A stretch of 64,000 nt of DNA, from the NCBI GenBank assembly GCA_963705165.1, contig CAVPJD010000024.1, forward strand, positions 147,119 through 211,118. The letters are read 5' to 3'. This document shows positions 42,039 through 51,424 of this stretch, piece by piece. This DNA comes from an uncultured delta proteobacterium (GTDB lineage: Bacteria; Desulfobacterota; Syntrophia; Syntrophales; UBA2192). Position numbers and translations under genes: made by a program. The notes beneath the pieces were generated by a model, which saw only the letters and a list, made by a program, of their open reading frames with translations, was not told the DNA's origin and did not search any database. Numbering within the stretch: the stretch's first letter is position 1; each line of letters opens with the position of its first letter.

Positions 42039-42968
42039 TCAGGCCTTCATACCCGATGCGGCTTCGATCCTTTTCAGTTCGTCAAAGAGCCTTTGGTTCA
42101 CCGGGGTCGCCACACCGTAGCGCTTCCCCAGCTCGATCACCGTCCCGGCAAACATCTCTACCTCGGTCTTGCGGCCGGCCTCGACATCCTGGAACATGGA
42201 GGTCTTTCCCTCCGGGTTCAGGCCCTCGAGGACTTGGTACCACTCCCCAATATCCTTTTCGCCCAGATCCACCTTTACCGCCCCGGCGATCGCGATGACT
42301 TCCCGCATGGCCGAATCCATGAGCTCCCGGGCCTCGGAAGAAGACCGCAGGGCGCCGTAGTTCGCCCTCAGGATGGCCGAGGTCTGATTGGCCCCCACAT
42401 TGACCATGTACTTGAACCAGAGGCTGCGGATCATGTCCGGCGGGATCACGTGGGCAATCCCCGCCCTGTCGAAGAGTTCATGAATGCGCCGGACCCGGTC
42501 CGTCATGTCGGCGTTCTTTGCCTCGCCGAAGAAGATCCGTCCCTGGTTCGTGTAGTTGACGCTGTTGCCCTCCCGGACGGCGTCGATCCCAAGGGTCAGG
42601 CCGTAGACAACCTTGTCCTTCCCGTAAACCGCGCCGATGCGCTCCTCGCTGTCGATGCCGTTCATGACGGACAGGATCGTCGTCCCCGGCCCTATGGCCT
42701 TCTTCATCTCGCCCATGGCCTGGTCGAGATGATGGTGCTTGACCGCCACGATGAGCAGATCGGCAGGCGCGGCCGCCTCGGGGCTTTCCACCGTGATGCC
42801 GTAACGTTTTCCGTTCACGACGACCCCGTCGCGCCTCAATGTTTCGCAGCGCTTTCCCGCCGCGATGAAGGAAACGCATCGGGGGTCCATTTCGTAGAGG
42901 ATGCTTCCGTAGGCCGCCCCGAGGGCCCCGGCACCGATGATGGCGACTTTTTCGATGGATAGTTTCAT
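42039..42968 (-). CDS. panE: ketopantoate reductase family protein
   Basis: IIGAGALG, AVK, MNG, WFKYMVN, KTSMFQD, RKTEV. Confidence 0.85.
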   Translation of the reverse strand: MKLSIEKVAIIGAGALGAAYGSILYEMDPRCVSFIAAGKRCETLRRDGVVVNGKRYGITVESPEAAAPADLLIVAVKHHHLDQAMGEMKKAIGPGTTILSVMNGIDSEERIGAVYGKDKVVYGLTLGIDAVREGNSVNYTNQGRIFFGEAKNADMTDRVRRIHELFDRAGIAHVIPPDMIRSLWFKYMVNVGANQTSAILRANYGALRSSSEARELMDSAMREVIAIAGAVKVDLGEKDIGEWYQVLEGLNPEGKTSMFQDVEAGRKTEVEMFAGTVIELGKRYGVATPVNQRLFDELKRIEAASGMKA

Positions 42969-43044
42969 GTGCGCTTCACCCTGAATAAACCTTCGCCCTT
43001 CCGTCCGATCGCGCCCGTGGACGGAAGGGCGAAGCCGGCAGCTC

Positions 43045-43587
43045 TTATTTTTTGGCTTTCTTTTTCGCTTTGGGCCGGGCCTTCCCTTTCATTTTTGCAG
43101 CGAACTTCTCCAGCTCGGTTTCGAGATAGATCGCCTTTTTCAGTTCGGCGAAGAGGATCTTGTTTTTGGGGCGGTCTGTAATCTTGTGGATGTCGATGTA
43201 GCGGATGATCCCGAACTTGTCGAGAACGAAAATCGCCCGCTCCGAAAATCCTTCCTTTCTCCTCACTCCGTACTTCTTCGCGACGGAGGCCTGCGGGGAG
43301 AAGTCGCTCAGCAGCGGGAAGGAGATCCCGCCGAGGCTTTCCGCCCATGCCTTCAGGCAGGGGACATGGTCGACGCTGATGCCCAGGACCTGGGCATTGA
43401 GCTTCCCGAACTTGGCCATTTCGGCTTCGTACGAGGGAAGCTGATTCGTTCAGACCGGTGTCCAGGCCAGGGGAAAGAACGCGACGACGACGGGGCCCTT
43501 GCCGAGGCACTTGCTGAGCGTCACCTTTTTGTCCAGATGGCTCGGCAGGGTGAAGTTAGGGGCCTTTTGCCCGACTTTCAGCTTCAT
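43045..43587 (-). CDS. selenocysteine peroxiredoxin (AhpC/TSA, AhpE-like), 180 aa, U46
   Basis: aggagg RBS and ATG 43587; MKLKVGQKAPNFTL...FFPLAWTPV-TGA(43452-43450)-TNQLP continues in frame into ORF 43045-43419; the UGA sits at the peroxidatic P-x3-T-x2-C position. Confidence 0.9.
43422..43443 (-). promoter_or_regulatory. candidate SECIS of the Sec peroxiredoxin
   Basis: cagcttc-cctcgtac-gaagccg hairpin starting 7-9 nt after the UGA; weaker than the other two. Confidence 0.5.
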
Positions 43588-43694
43588 GTTCAACCTCCTT
43601 GAAAAATGGGATGGATTGATCTCAGGCAGGCGTGCGCCTGGGCTTCACAATGGGTTGCATTTTAACACGGTTCTGGAAAAGGGGAAATGAGATT

Positions 43695-44759
43695 CTAGGT
43701 GTTCTTCAGGCGCCGATAACCCCAGCAGTTGGCGAAGAAGAACCAGGCAAGCGGCCCCCCCTCGCGAAGGAGCCGTCGGGCGAGCCGTTTGACGCTGCGA
43801 TCCTGTCTGCCCACCTTCACGTCGGCAAGATAGACGGCAAGCACTCCTCTCAGGAGCATGCGATGGAACCTGGGGTTGGGCAGTTCGCCGAGTTCCCGAT
43901 CCGACACCCGAAAGAAATGGATGAACCGCTCCATCATCTCGCTTTCGCTCCGGTAATGGTCGCAGAAATTGAGCTCCCCGGCGAGACGATCTTCTTCCCG
44001 GTCCACGTAGTAGTCGAGCAGGATGTGAAGCCCCTGGACCCAGGGGAAGTAGGCCTCTTTCATTCGGCCGAGGACCTCGTCGGAAAGATCGTTTCCCCAG
44101 CTCTGCGAGACGAGGGAAAAAACGCCCAGCGTGGATCCGGAGGCGGCGGCAAACTCCTGCCATTGCAAATCCGGAAACCGTTCGCGGTAGCCGGCAAACC
44201 AGGCCTCGAGCCGGGGCCTGACCTCCTCGGCCCTCACGTGCTTGTGGACCTGCAGCTCACTGTAGTAGCCGGCAAGCTCCACGAGAAAGGGTGCGATGCG
44301 GTCATGGGCGGGATGGTCCTTGAGAACGTTCTGGCAGGTCCGGACGAGGGCAGGCAGGTAGCCCCCGTCGTCTTTTTCCTGCCGGCAGTGGTAATAATCG
44401 CCTGGCTTGGCCCCGGGGGTCAGGGCGTCCGCCAGGGCCGTGTGCAGAATCCGGAAATCCTCCGGGTCGCGCGAGGTGCCGCGGTCGCAGAGATTGTCCA
44501 GGTAGTCGCTGATCGTCTGGTAGGCAATAATGAATCGCATCGTTTCGCGGGCATGTTCCCCCGCGAGCAGCGTGTAGATGCCGCCGCCTTCGCAATGGAA
44601 GGTCTTGGCTTCGATACTCATGAGGGCCTGGCGGCGCAGCTCGGGGTCGGGGATCTTTCTTGCCTTTTCCTTCCAGCCACCGAGAAAGCGGTTCACGGTT
44701 GGCAGGACCCGCGTCATGGCGATATGCGTCAACGATACAAAATTCCCGGGAACGCCCAT
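43695..44759 (-). CDS. tetraprenyl-beta-curcumene synthase family (YtpB/DUF2600) terpene cyclase
   Basis: KTFHCEGG, AYQTISDYLDNLCDR, LQVHKH, GSTLG, YFPWVQGLHILLDY, LNFC; ggagg RBS before ATG 44759. Confidence 0.9.
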   Translation of the reverse strand: MGVPGNFVSLTHIAMTRVLPTVNRFLGGWKEKARKIPDPELRRQALMSIEAKTFHCEGGGIYTLLAGEHARETMRFIIAYQTISDYLDNLCDRGTSRDPEDFRILHTALADALTPGAKPGDYYHCRQEKDDGGYLPALVRTCQNVLKDHPAHDRIAPFLVELAGYYSELQVHKHVRAEEVRPRLEAWFAGYRERFPDLQWQEFAAASGSTLGVFSLVSQSWGNDLSDEVLGRMKEAYFPWVQGLHILLDYYVDREEDRLAGELNFCDHYRSESEMMERFIHFFRVSDRELGELPNPRFHRMLLRGVLAVYLADVKVGRQDRSVKRLARRLLREGGPLAWFFFANCWGYRRLKNT

Positions 44760-44832
44760 CAATGCCTCCGCCGGCACTCTTAACACAGGCGCGCGTCCAA
44801 CACAAGAATGACGGGGCCTAGAAGGACCCCTA

Positions 44833-44892
44833 CCTTGATCTTCCTCTCCCTTGAGGGGAGAGGACTGAGGTGAGGGTGAATGATCCCTTTCC
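44833..44892. repeat. BoxC/REP-like element, short form
   Basis: ccttgatcttcctctcccttgaggggagaggactgaggtgagggtgaatgatccc; near-identical to 1844-1892. Confidence 0.88.
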
Positions 44893-45186
44893 TCAGGCGC
44901 AGAATAAGAGCACGTCAGATCCGGGAGACGCTTTCCGCCCGGCTCGTGAGATCGCTCATGGAGAGTGGGGGCCTGAGCGGCAAAAAATCTGTTCAAAAGT
45001 CAACCCCCTTCATCCTCTTCCGGAATGCCCTCATCGGACCCGATGGAACAAAAGGCCGAAGCGACGGACGACCGGAGACGTTTTTCCGGGAGATCTCCGC
45101 CTTATTCTCATAGCCCCCGCGCGGGCAGGGGATCCCCTGGATCATTTTTTCGTGGATGCGTGTCGGAAGGAAGGGCGCACGCTGCC

Positions 45187-46137
45187 TCAGGGCAGCTGCG
45201 TGTAGCAGACCTGGTTCTTCCCGGCGGATTTGGCCGCGTAGAGGTTCCCGTCAGTTCGGCGCAGGAAGTCCATCATGTCCTCGTTGCTGGCGTGCTGAGC
45301 CACCCCGATGCTGACGGTGACCTGGATGCCGATATCGGGCCGCGGTTTGAAGACTTCGTTTTTGAGCGCGACCCTCACGCGCTCGGCCGTTACCACACCC
45401 TGCTCACCCCCCGTGGAGGGCAGGATGACGGCGAACTCCTCGCCCCCGTAGCGGCAGGCCGCGTCGGTCTGGCGCAGGCACTCCTTGATGATCTCGGCAA
45501 ACCTCACCAGGACCCTGTCACCCTCGAGATGGCCGTAGGTGTCATTGTACTTCTTGAAATCGTCGATATCGAGCATCAGCACGGTGAGCGGGTGGTCATA
45601 GCGGTTGGATCGTTCGATCTCCCCGTGGAGCACCGCATAGAACTGCCGCGAGTTGAAGAGCTTTGTGAGGCCGTCGGTGATGCTCAGCTCCTGGTAGCGC
45701 TGCTCGCTATCCCGGAGCTGGTCCATGGCGTGGTTGCGCTCCCGAAGTAAGGCCTTTTCCCGCAGCACGCGCCGGATCCTCATGCAGAGCTCCGCGATGC
45801 TCACGGGCTTGAGCATGAAGTCGCTTGCACCCATCGAGATGATCTCCTCGTAGGTGAAATCCTCGGTGAACCCTGTCATCACGATGACATCGATGTCATG
45901 ACTTTTCTTGATGTGCGTCGTGAGCTCGAGGCCGTTCATCTCCGGCATCTTGATGTCTGTGAGGACCACGTCGACGGGGTTTGCCGCCAGGCACTCCAAG
46001 GCCTCCCGGCCGTTGCCCGCCGTGAGACACTCGTAGCCGGACAGGACCATGGCCTCCTTGAGCATGTCCCGAATCTCCTCTTTGTCTTCGACAATGAGAA
46101 TGCGGGTCAGAGGACTCGTTTTCCCGTTTTTTTCCAT
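45187..46137 (-). CDS. response regulator / diguanylate cyclase (REC-GGDEF)
   Basis: ILIVED, TDIKMP, DGLT, DIDDFK.YND, RQTD I-site, GGEEF. Confidence 0.95.
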   Translation of the reverse strand: MEKNGKTSPLTRILIVEDKEEIRDMLKEAMVLSGYECLTAGNGREALECLAANPVDVVLTDIKMPEMNGLELTTHIKKSHDIDVIVMTGFTEDFTYEEIISMGASDFMLKPVSIAELCMRIRRVLREKALLRERNHAMDQLRDSEQRYQELSITDGLTKLFNSRQFYAVLHGEIERSNRYDHPLTVLMLDIDDFKKYNDTYGHLEGDRVLVRFAEIIKECLRQTDAACRYGGEEFAVILPSTGGEQGVVTAERVRVALKNEVFKPRPDIGIQVTVSIGVAQHASNEDMMDFLRRTDGNLYAAKSAGKNQVCYTQLP

Positions 46138-46252
46138 GATTTCTGTTCGCTGACGTCTCCTGAATTTATGGCGACTGGCTCAGGATCGAGATGCATGAAC
46201 CGTACCCGGCTCGCAGCACCGATGATCGCGGCCGGATCCCGCTTCTTCCGCC

Positions 46253-47293
46253 TCACAACCGGACAAGGTCATAACCCCTGCGGCCGAGCCCGATGGACTC
46301 GGCGTAGCCGAGGATGTGGGTCCCGTCGATCCGGGTTGCCTTTTTAAAAATATCGACATTGCCGTGCTGCGCCCTGACGAGGTCGAAGGCCGCCTGCTCG
46401 CAGGCCACCGGGTCCACGGACGCAACGATCCCCACGTCATGCCCGATCAGCTCGCTGTCTGCCATGCAGTCGCAGTCCTTTGCGATGTTGTTGATGAAGG
46501 TCACGCAGACGCAGGGCTTGCCGCTCAAGGCCCCCAGGGCATACTCGGCCGTCCGTTCCATCACGGCGCTCGACGCCAGGGCCATCCAGGGAATCTCGAC
46601 GGCGTCGAACTCGCAGACGGCGATGCAGGTGGCGCATCCCTCGCAGAGGTCGGGATCGATGGAAGCCTGGTCTTCCCCGAGCAGGATCGCGTCGGCGGGG
46701 CACACTTCGGAGCATTTACCGCACATCGTGCAGCTGTCATTGATCGAGGGCTTCACGGCAGCGTGCATCGCGAGCTTCCCCGCCCGGGACCCGCATCCCA
46801 TGCCCAGGTTCTTGATGGCCCCCCCGAAACCGAAGAGGATGTGGCCCTTGAAGTGAGAGACGACGACGAGGGCCCGGGCCTCGGCGATGTGGCGGGCGAT
46901 CCTGACTTTCGGGAATATCTTCCCGGCTATGGGGATCTGCGTTTCCTCTTCGCCCCGCTCGCCGTCTGCAATGACAACGGGAACCCCCAGGGTTCCAAAG
47001 CCGTGCTTCCGGGCGATTTCGAGGTGGTCCGTCGCGTTGTGGCGCAGGCCCCGGTAGAGGGCATTGGCATCGGTGAGGAAGTGATTGGAATTGTGCCCGG
47101 CAAGCGTTGAGAGGATGGGCCTGAGATTCGCCGGGGAGACGAACCGCGTGTTCCCCTGCTCTCCGAAGTGAAGCTTGACGGCGACGCGGTCCTTTTTCCC
47201 GATCTGCCCTCCCGTGTCGGCCATGGCCCGCTCGAAGAGCCCGCTGATCGTATCTGCGCTGAATTTCTCGGAAAAATAAACGGCGGCGGCCAT
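46253..47293 (-). CDS. DUF362 domain protein with 2x[4Fe-4S] ferredoxin
   Basis: KLHFGE.GN, SHFKGH, GGAIKNLGMG, two CxxCxxC...CP/CE motifs, CDC. Confidence 0.9.
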   Translation of the reverse strand: MAAAVYFSEKFSADTISGLFERAMADTGGQIGKKDRVAVKLHFGEQGNTRFVSPANLRPILSTLAGHNSNHFLTDANALYRGLRHNATDHLEIARKHGFGTLGVPVVIADGERGEEETQIPIAGKIFPKVRIARHIAEARALVVVSHFKGHILFGFGGAIKNLGMGCGSRAGKLAMHAAVKPSINDSCTMCGKCSEVCPADAILLGEDQASIDPDLCEGCATCIAVCEFDAVEIPWMALASSAVMERTAEYALGALSGKPCVCVTFINNIAKDCDCMADSELIGHDVGIVASVDPVACEQAAFDLVRAQHGNVDIFKKATRIDGTHILGYAESIGLGRRGYDLVRL

Positions 47294-47464
47294 CGCACAC
47301 TCTCCGGCAGAGAAATTTTTCCAACCATACCGGAAAAAATGACATTTGCCAAGGGGATCCTAACGGTATTTCCTTTACAAAACGGGGCCTTTTCATTATA
47401 TTAGCACAGGCGACAGTCTCCCGTTAACGGCTGCCGGCCATTTTTCAAGGGGAGGGGAAAGAAG

Positions 47465-47632
47465 ATGTCTCAGATCCAGCCCGAGGGCGAGGAGATCAGG
47501 AAGGCCATCAAGTGGATCTCCGATAACCTGAACGAAGGAAAAAAGAAGAGCAAGCTCATCGAGGAAGCGGCCATCAAGTTTGATCTGTCGCCGGCACAGA
47601 CAGACTTCCTCATGAACTTTTTCTCGAAGTAG
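47465..47632 (+). CDS. small 55-aa hypothetical protein (MSQIQPEGEEIRKAIKWIS...KFDLSP...)
   Basis: ggagggg RBS, typical codon usage, amphipathic helices; below the ORF-track length cutoff. Confidence 0.8.
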   Translation: MSQIQPEGEEIRKAIKWISDNLNEGKKKSKLIEEAAIKFDLSPAQTDFLMNFFSK

Positions 47633-47674
47633 CACGGGTAAAAGCAGGCGCAGGGACCACTTTACGGGGATCTC

Positions 47675-47986
47675 ATGAGGATCGACGGAACAACATGGAC
47701 GGGGAACCCGGATTGGCGAGTTCCTGCCCAGGGCAATCCCCTGGCAGGAATGCTCATCCCGATGGGTCCCGGCGAAGGCCGCAGGGGGCACGCCCCGTCT
47801 TTGCCGCACGCTGCCCCCGATGAGTTTATTGTCGTCCATGATCGTGTGCATGGTGAGGTCGTTATCGACCTTTACCACGCCGCCACCCGATACGACGAGC
47901 CGCCCACCTACCGGTTGACGGGGGAGGGCAGTGTCGAGGTGGGCAAGAAGCCCCGCAAAGGGGGCATCGTCGACCTTCGCGCCTGA
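47675..47986 (+). CDS. hypothetical protein
   Basis: ATG ORF co-directional with its neighbours, ending KGGIVDLRA. Confidence 0.55.
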   Translation: MRIDGTTWTGNPDWRVPAQGNPLAGMLIPMGPGEGRRGHAPSLPHAAPDEFIVVHDRVHGEVVIDLYHAATRYDEPPTYRLTGEGSVEVGKKPRKGGIVDLRA

Positions 47987-48169
47987 TCCGCCGGAACCCG
48001 GAGCGGCTGCCGGCAACCCAACGACCCTGCAGGCGTTCAAGGCTTCGCGGGAACAGGGACACTTTCTTTCGACTTCTCCTGCTGCCGTTTAAGTCTCGCA
48101 CCCTGTCCGCGAAAAATCCCCCACTGACCGTTCAACCGCCATCAATCCATTTCAGGAGGGAACAATTCC

Positions 48170-48619
48170 ATGTACGCCTTTGCCGACAAGCTGCTGGAAG
48201 TAACGGAGAGACACGCCGACAAGATCGCCGACCAGTGGTGCAGGGCCGTCAAGTCAAACCCGCACACACCGTGGTTTCAGGCCCAGAAAACGGAGGCCTG
48301 CAGCCTCTTCGCCATAGATTTCTACAAGAACTTCCGGAATGTCTACTTTGACGAGAAGCCCTACAAGAAGCTGGAGAAATATTTCAATAACTACGCCGAG
48401 GAAAGCTTCCGCACAGGCGTCCCGATGGAGGAGGCCATCTACGCCCTCATCATGATGAGACGGCAAATCTGGCTCTACGCGGACTTCCAGGCGCTCTTCG
48501 TCACCGCCATGGATCAGCAACGTGCCGTGGAGACCATCAACCGGACGATTCGCGTGTTCGATCAGGGCATCTTCATCATCATCAAACGCTACAGGGAACT
48601 GGAAAAGGCCAAGAAGTAG
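48170..48619 (+). CDS. hypothetical all-helical protein (globin-like/RsbRD N-terminal-like fold possible)
   Basis: aggagg RBS, clean codon usage, followed by a terminator. Confidence 0.75.
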   Translation: MYAFADKLLEVTERHADKIADQWCRAVKSNPHTPWFQAQKTEACSLFAIDFYKNFRNVYFDEKPYKKLEKYFNNYAEESFRTGVPMEEAIYALIMMRRQIWLYADFQALFVTAMDQQRAVETINRTIRVFDQGIFIIIKRYRELEKAKK

Positions 48620-48642
48620 CCGAGATCGAAAAGAAAGAAACG

Positions 48643-48678
48643 AAAGCCCCGCCGGCAACCGCCTGCGGGGCTTTTTAT
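48643..48678 (+). terminator. intrinsic terminator
   Basis: aaagccccgc...gcggggctttttatt. Confidence 0.8.
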
Positions 48679-48748
48679 TGCCCCATGATGATTTCTTTTT
48701 CTTATCCGGAAGCCTGAAGCCCGATGCTTGATTCCCGCTGAGACGCGA

Positions 48749-50314
48749 CTAGGTCGCTCGCAGCAATATTTGGTGCTCCTCCGAGCGCGACTCGCCCGCG
48801 CTCGTAACATAGATCGCGGGCTGGCCGACGATGGGGCAGTGCTTCTCGCAGGCCCCGCAGCCGATGCACATCGTGAGATCCACGTGGGGTTGCTGCAGTC
48901 GGACCAATTTCCCTTCGCGATCCCGCACCGTAACCTCCTCGAGCCAGATCGCCTTCTTCGGCGTCGGGCAGGTCTCCTCACAGACGATACAGGGGGTGGC
49001 GTGGGCGAAGGGAAGGCAGCGGCCTTTGTCGATTGCGGCGTGCCCCAGCCGCACCTGCTGCTTTTCCTCCAGAGGCAGCCGCTTGATGGCCCCCGTGGGG
49101 CAGACCTGACCGCAGAGGGTGCAGCGGTACTCGCAGTATCCGATCCTCGGCACCAGCACCGGCGTCCATAGCCCCTCGAGACCGGCCTCCAGAAGCGTCG
49201 GCTGCAGACCGCCCGTAATGCAGACCTTCATGCACTCCCCGCAGCGAACACAGCTCTGGAGGAATTTCTTCTCTTCGAGCGACCCCGGCGGCCGGATGAT
49301 CTTTGCGTCGGACATGCGGGGCCTGGCAAGCGGTGAGATCCGCAGAAGCGGCACGGCAAAGGCCCCCGAGAGAAACGAGGCCACCACGCTTCTGCGCCCC
49401 AGGTCGAGGCCCCCCGTGGGGCGCCCTTTCAGCAGGCCGAAGCTCACGGCGTTTTTCGGGCAGACGTCATCGCAGTTGTTGCAGACGAGGCACTCCGAGG
49501 CACGCCACTTTTCCTTGCCGGCGGGCACCGCATCGGCCTGGCACACCCCGACACAGGCCCCGCAGGAATCACACTCTTCGCTCACGCTCCGGCGCAGGAT
49601 CGAATGGCGCGACAGCAGTCCCAGCAGCGCCCCCAGCGGGCAGAGAAACCGGCACCAGAAACGCCTCTGCACGAGATTGAGCCCCAGGATGGTCAGAAAG
49701 AGAAGTCCGATGAAGGTCCCCTGCGCAAACCAGGGCTGCTGGAAGGGCAGGATCGTTTTTTTCAGTATGTCGTAGACGGCCTCCGACGCGGGGGTGATGA
49801 GGGGGAGGTTCAGCCGGTAGATCCCGTCGAAAAGGGACGTGGTGGCGTAGCTCAGGGCCGGGTAGATGGCGAGCGAGAAGGAGCGGATGGTGAGTGAAAT
49901 GGGGTCCAGGACCCCGGCCAGCTGCACGCCGAAGAGCGACGAGGCTAGCACGGCGACGAGGATGTAGTACTTGAGCCGGAACCAGCCGGGGCCGGGCGGC
50001 TTGGGCCGCTTCTTCCGGAGGCTTCCGGCGAGATTGTGCAGCGTGCCAAGGGGGCAGACCCAGCCGCAGAAGAAGCGACCCAGCAAAACAGTGAGCCCCA
50101 CGAGGATGAACGACAGCCAGAAAAGCCCCTCCACGGTGTGGGAGGTTAGAAACGTCGTCAGGGTGATCAGGGGGTCGAAGTCGAGAAAGAGCTTGACGGG
50201 CCAGCCCAGCTCATCGGTCCCCTTCGACTCCGTCTGAATGAAAAGAAAGAGGAAGAGGGCAAGAAACAGGCCCTGGGAAATGCGTCGTGCAAGCGTCAAC
50301 GTCAAATCAGGCAC
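48749..50314 (-). CDS. membrane polyferredoxin (NapH/MauN-like fused to a NapG/MauM-like domain)
   Basis: GRFFCGWVCPLG, RFWCRFLCPLG, IRPPG and several CxxCxxC motifs; GTG start overlaps the upstream stop. Confidence 0.88.
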   Translation of the reverse strand: MPDLTLTLARRISQGLFLALFLFLFIQTESKGTDELGWPVKLFLDFDPLITLTTFLTSHTVEGLFWLSFILVGLTVLLGRFFCGWVCPLGTLHNLAGSLRKKRPKPPGPGWFRLKYYILVAVLASSLFGVQLAGVLDPISLTIRSFSLAIYPALSYATTSLFDGIYRLNLPLITPASEAVYDILKKTILPFQQPWFAQGTFIGLLFLTILGLNLVQRRFWCRFLCPLGALLGLLSRHSILRRSVSEECDSCGACVGVCQADAVPAGKEKWRASECLVCNNCDDVCPKNAVSFGLLKGRPTGGLDLGRRSVVASFLSGAFAVPLLRISPLARPRMSDAKIIRPPGSLEEKKFLQSCVRCGECMKVCITGGLQPTLLEAGLEGLWTPVLVPRIGYCEYRCTLCGQVCPTGAIKRLPLEEKQQVRLGHAAIDKGRCLPFAHATPCIVCEETCPTPKKAIWLEEVTVRDREGKLVRLQQPHVDLTMCIGCGACEKHCPIVGQPAIYVTSAGESRSEEHQILLRAT

Positions 50315-51209
50315 TGATCCTTTTGATCTGGAGTTTCGAGAGGTCCATGACCCCGAGGCCCGCCTTGACGGCAAGCTGCACATAACCGAGATCGCTCCCT
50401 TTCATCCCGAACAGGGTGGCCCCGAAGGAATCGACGGCCACCTGGTCCGTACCCACAACCACCGTGTCGAGACGCTTCACGTCGTCGAGATCGCCGCCCG
50501 TGGGGCCGTTTGCCGTCAGGATCCGGACGGCGTCCAGCACGGTGAGCGTCGGCTTGATCACCCGGCAAAGGTCCACGAGGCTCTCGTCGAGGCGCTGGTG
50601 GACGCGAAACCGCACGCCCCCCATGACGCCCATCCAGTTTTTCATGGCCAGGGTGAGCACGGAGAGGCTGTGCGTCTTGGCGATGGGGACGTTGATGACC
50701 TTGTCGGCCTCGAAGATCTCGCTGTAGATAGGCCAGGACTTTAAAACCGTGCCATTGAGCTTGACATCCCGGTACTTGCGGCTGTCCATGTAGACCATCT
50801 CGGCCCCTGCGGCGGCGGCCGCATCGGCAATCCCGCTCTGCTTGTAGCAGCGCCTTGCATCGCTTACGGTGTTGTCGAAGATCCGGACCTTCTTCGCGCC
50901 CGCCTCGTAGCAGAGCTTTGCCAGGGCGCCTACGACGTCGGGGTTGGTGGTGGCGGCATACTGGGGGGTGCGGTCCCAGCCGATGTTGGGCTTCAGGATT
51001 ACGACATCGCCCTTGGCGATGAAGCGCTTCATCCCCCCCATGGCGTCCAGGGCCGCCCGCACGGTCTGCGGGGTCGAGGCTCCCTTGGCCACGACAAGAT
51101 CGGGCCCCTGGGCCGCTTCCGCCATACGGCCGAGGGTGGAGAGCCCTCCGGGGAGCGCCAGCCCCGCCGAGGACACTGCCGTCCACTTCAGAAAGTCACG
51201 TCTCTTCAT
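50307..51209 (-). CDS. Tat-exported DUF362 domain protein
   Basis: MKRRDFLK Tat signal; LKPNIGWDR, TTNP, INVPIAKTH, MKNWMG, DQVAVD. Confidence 0.88.
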   Translation of the reverse strand: MKRRDFLKWTAVSSAGLALPGGLSTLGRMAEAAQGPDLVVAKGASTPQTVRAALDAMGGMKRFIAKGDVVILKPNIGWDRTPQYAATTNPDVVGALAKLCYEAGAKKVRIFDNTVSDARRCYKQSGIADAAAAAGAEMVYMDSRKYRDVKLNGTVLKSWPIYSEIFEADKVINVPIAKTHSLSVLTLAMKNWMGVMGGVRFRVHQRLDESLVDLCRVIKPTLTVLDAVRILTANGPTGGDLDDVKRLDTVVVGTDQVAVDSFGATLFGMKGSDLGYVQLAVKAGLGVMDLSKLQIKRISA

Positions 51210-51375
51210 ACGGCACCCCTGCGATTTATATGGTTGAAAATACCATGATCAGCAGTTCCAGGTAAATCAAAAAGGAGATTCCGCTTTTCAAGGGTGAACC
51301 GTCTATGGTAGCTTCTGGATCACGCCTTTGTTTGCGTGGAATTCCGTAAAGATGCACATGGAGTGCTGCTTTGAT

Positions 51376-51411
51376 TTCTGATCTTCCGATCTTCCTCACT
51401 TCCGATCTTCG
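51376..51411. repeat. GAAGnnnG family array (reverse arm only)
   Basis: tgatcttc cgatcttc ctcacttc cgatcttc. Confidence 0.75.
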
Positions 51412-51424
51412 AGGTCGTTGAACC

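Noticed and set aside
44760..44996. N-terminal extension of the terpene synthase ORF
   Set aside because: It translates the BoxC-like repeat. Similarity and the RBS both point to ATG 44759.
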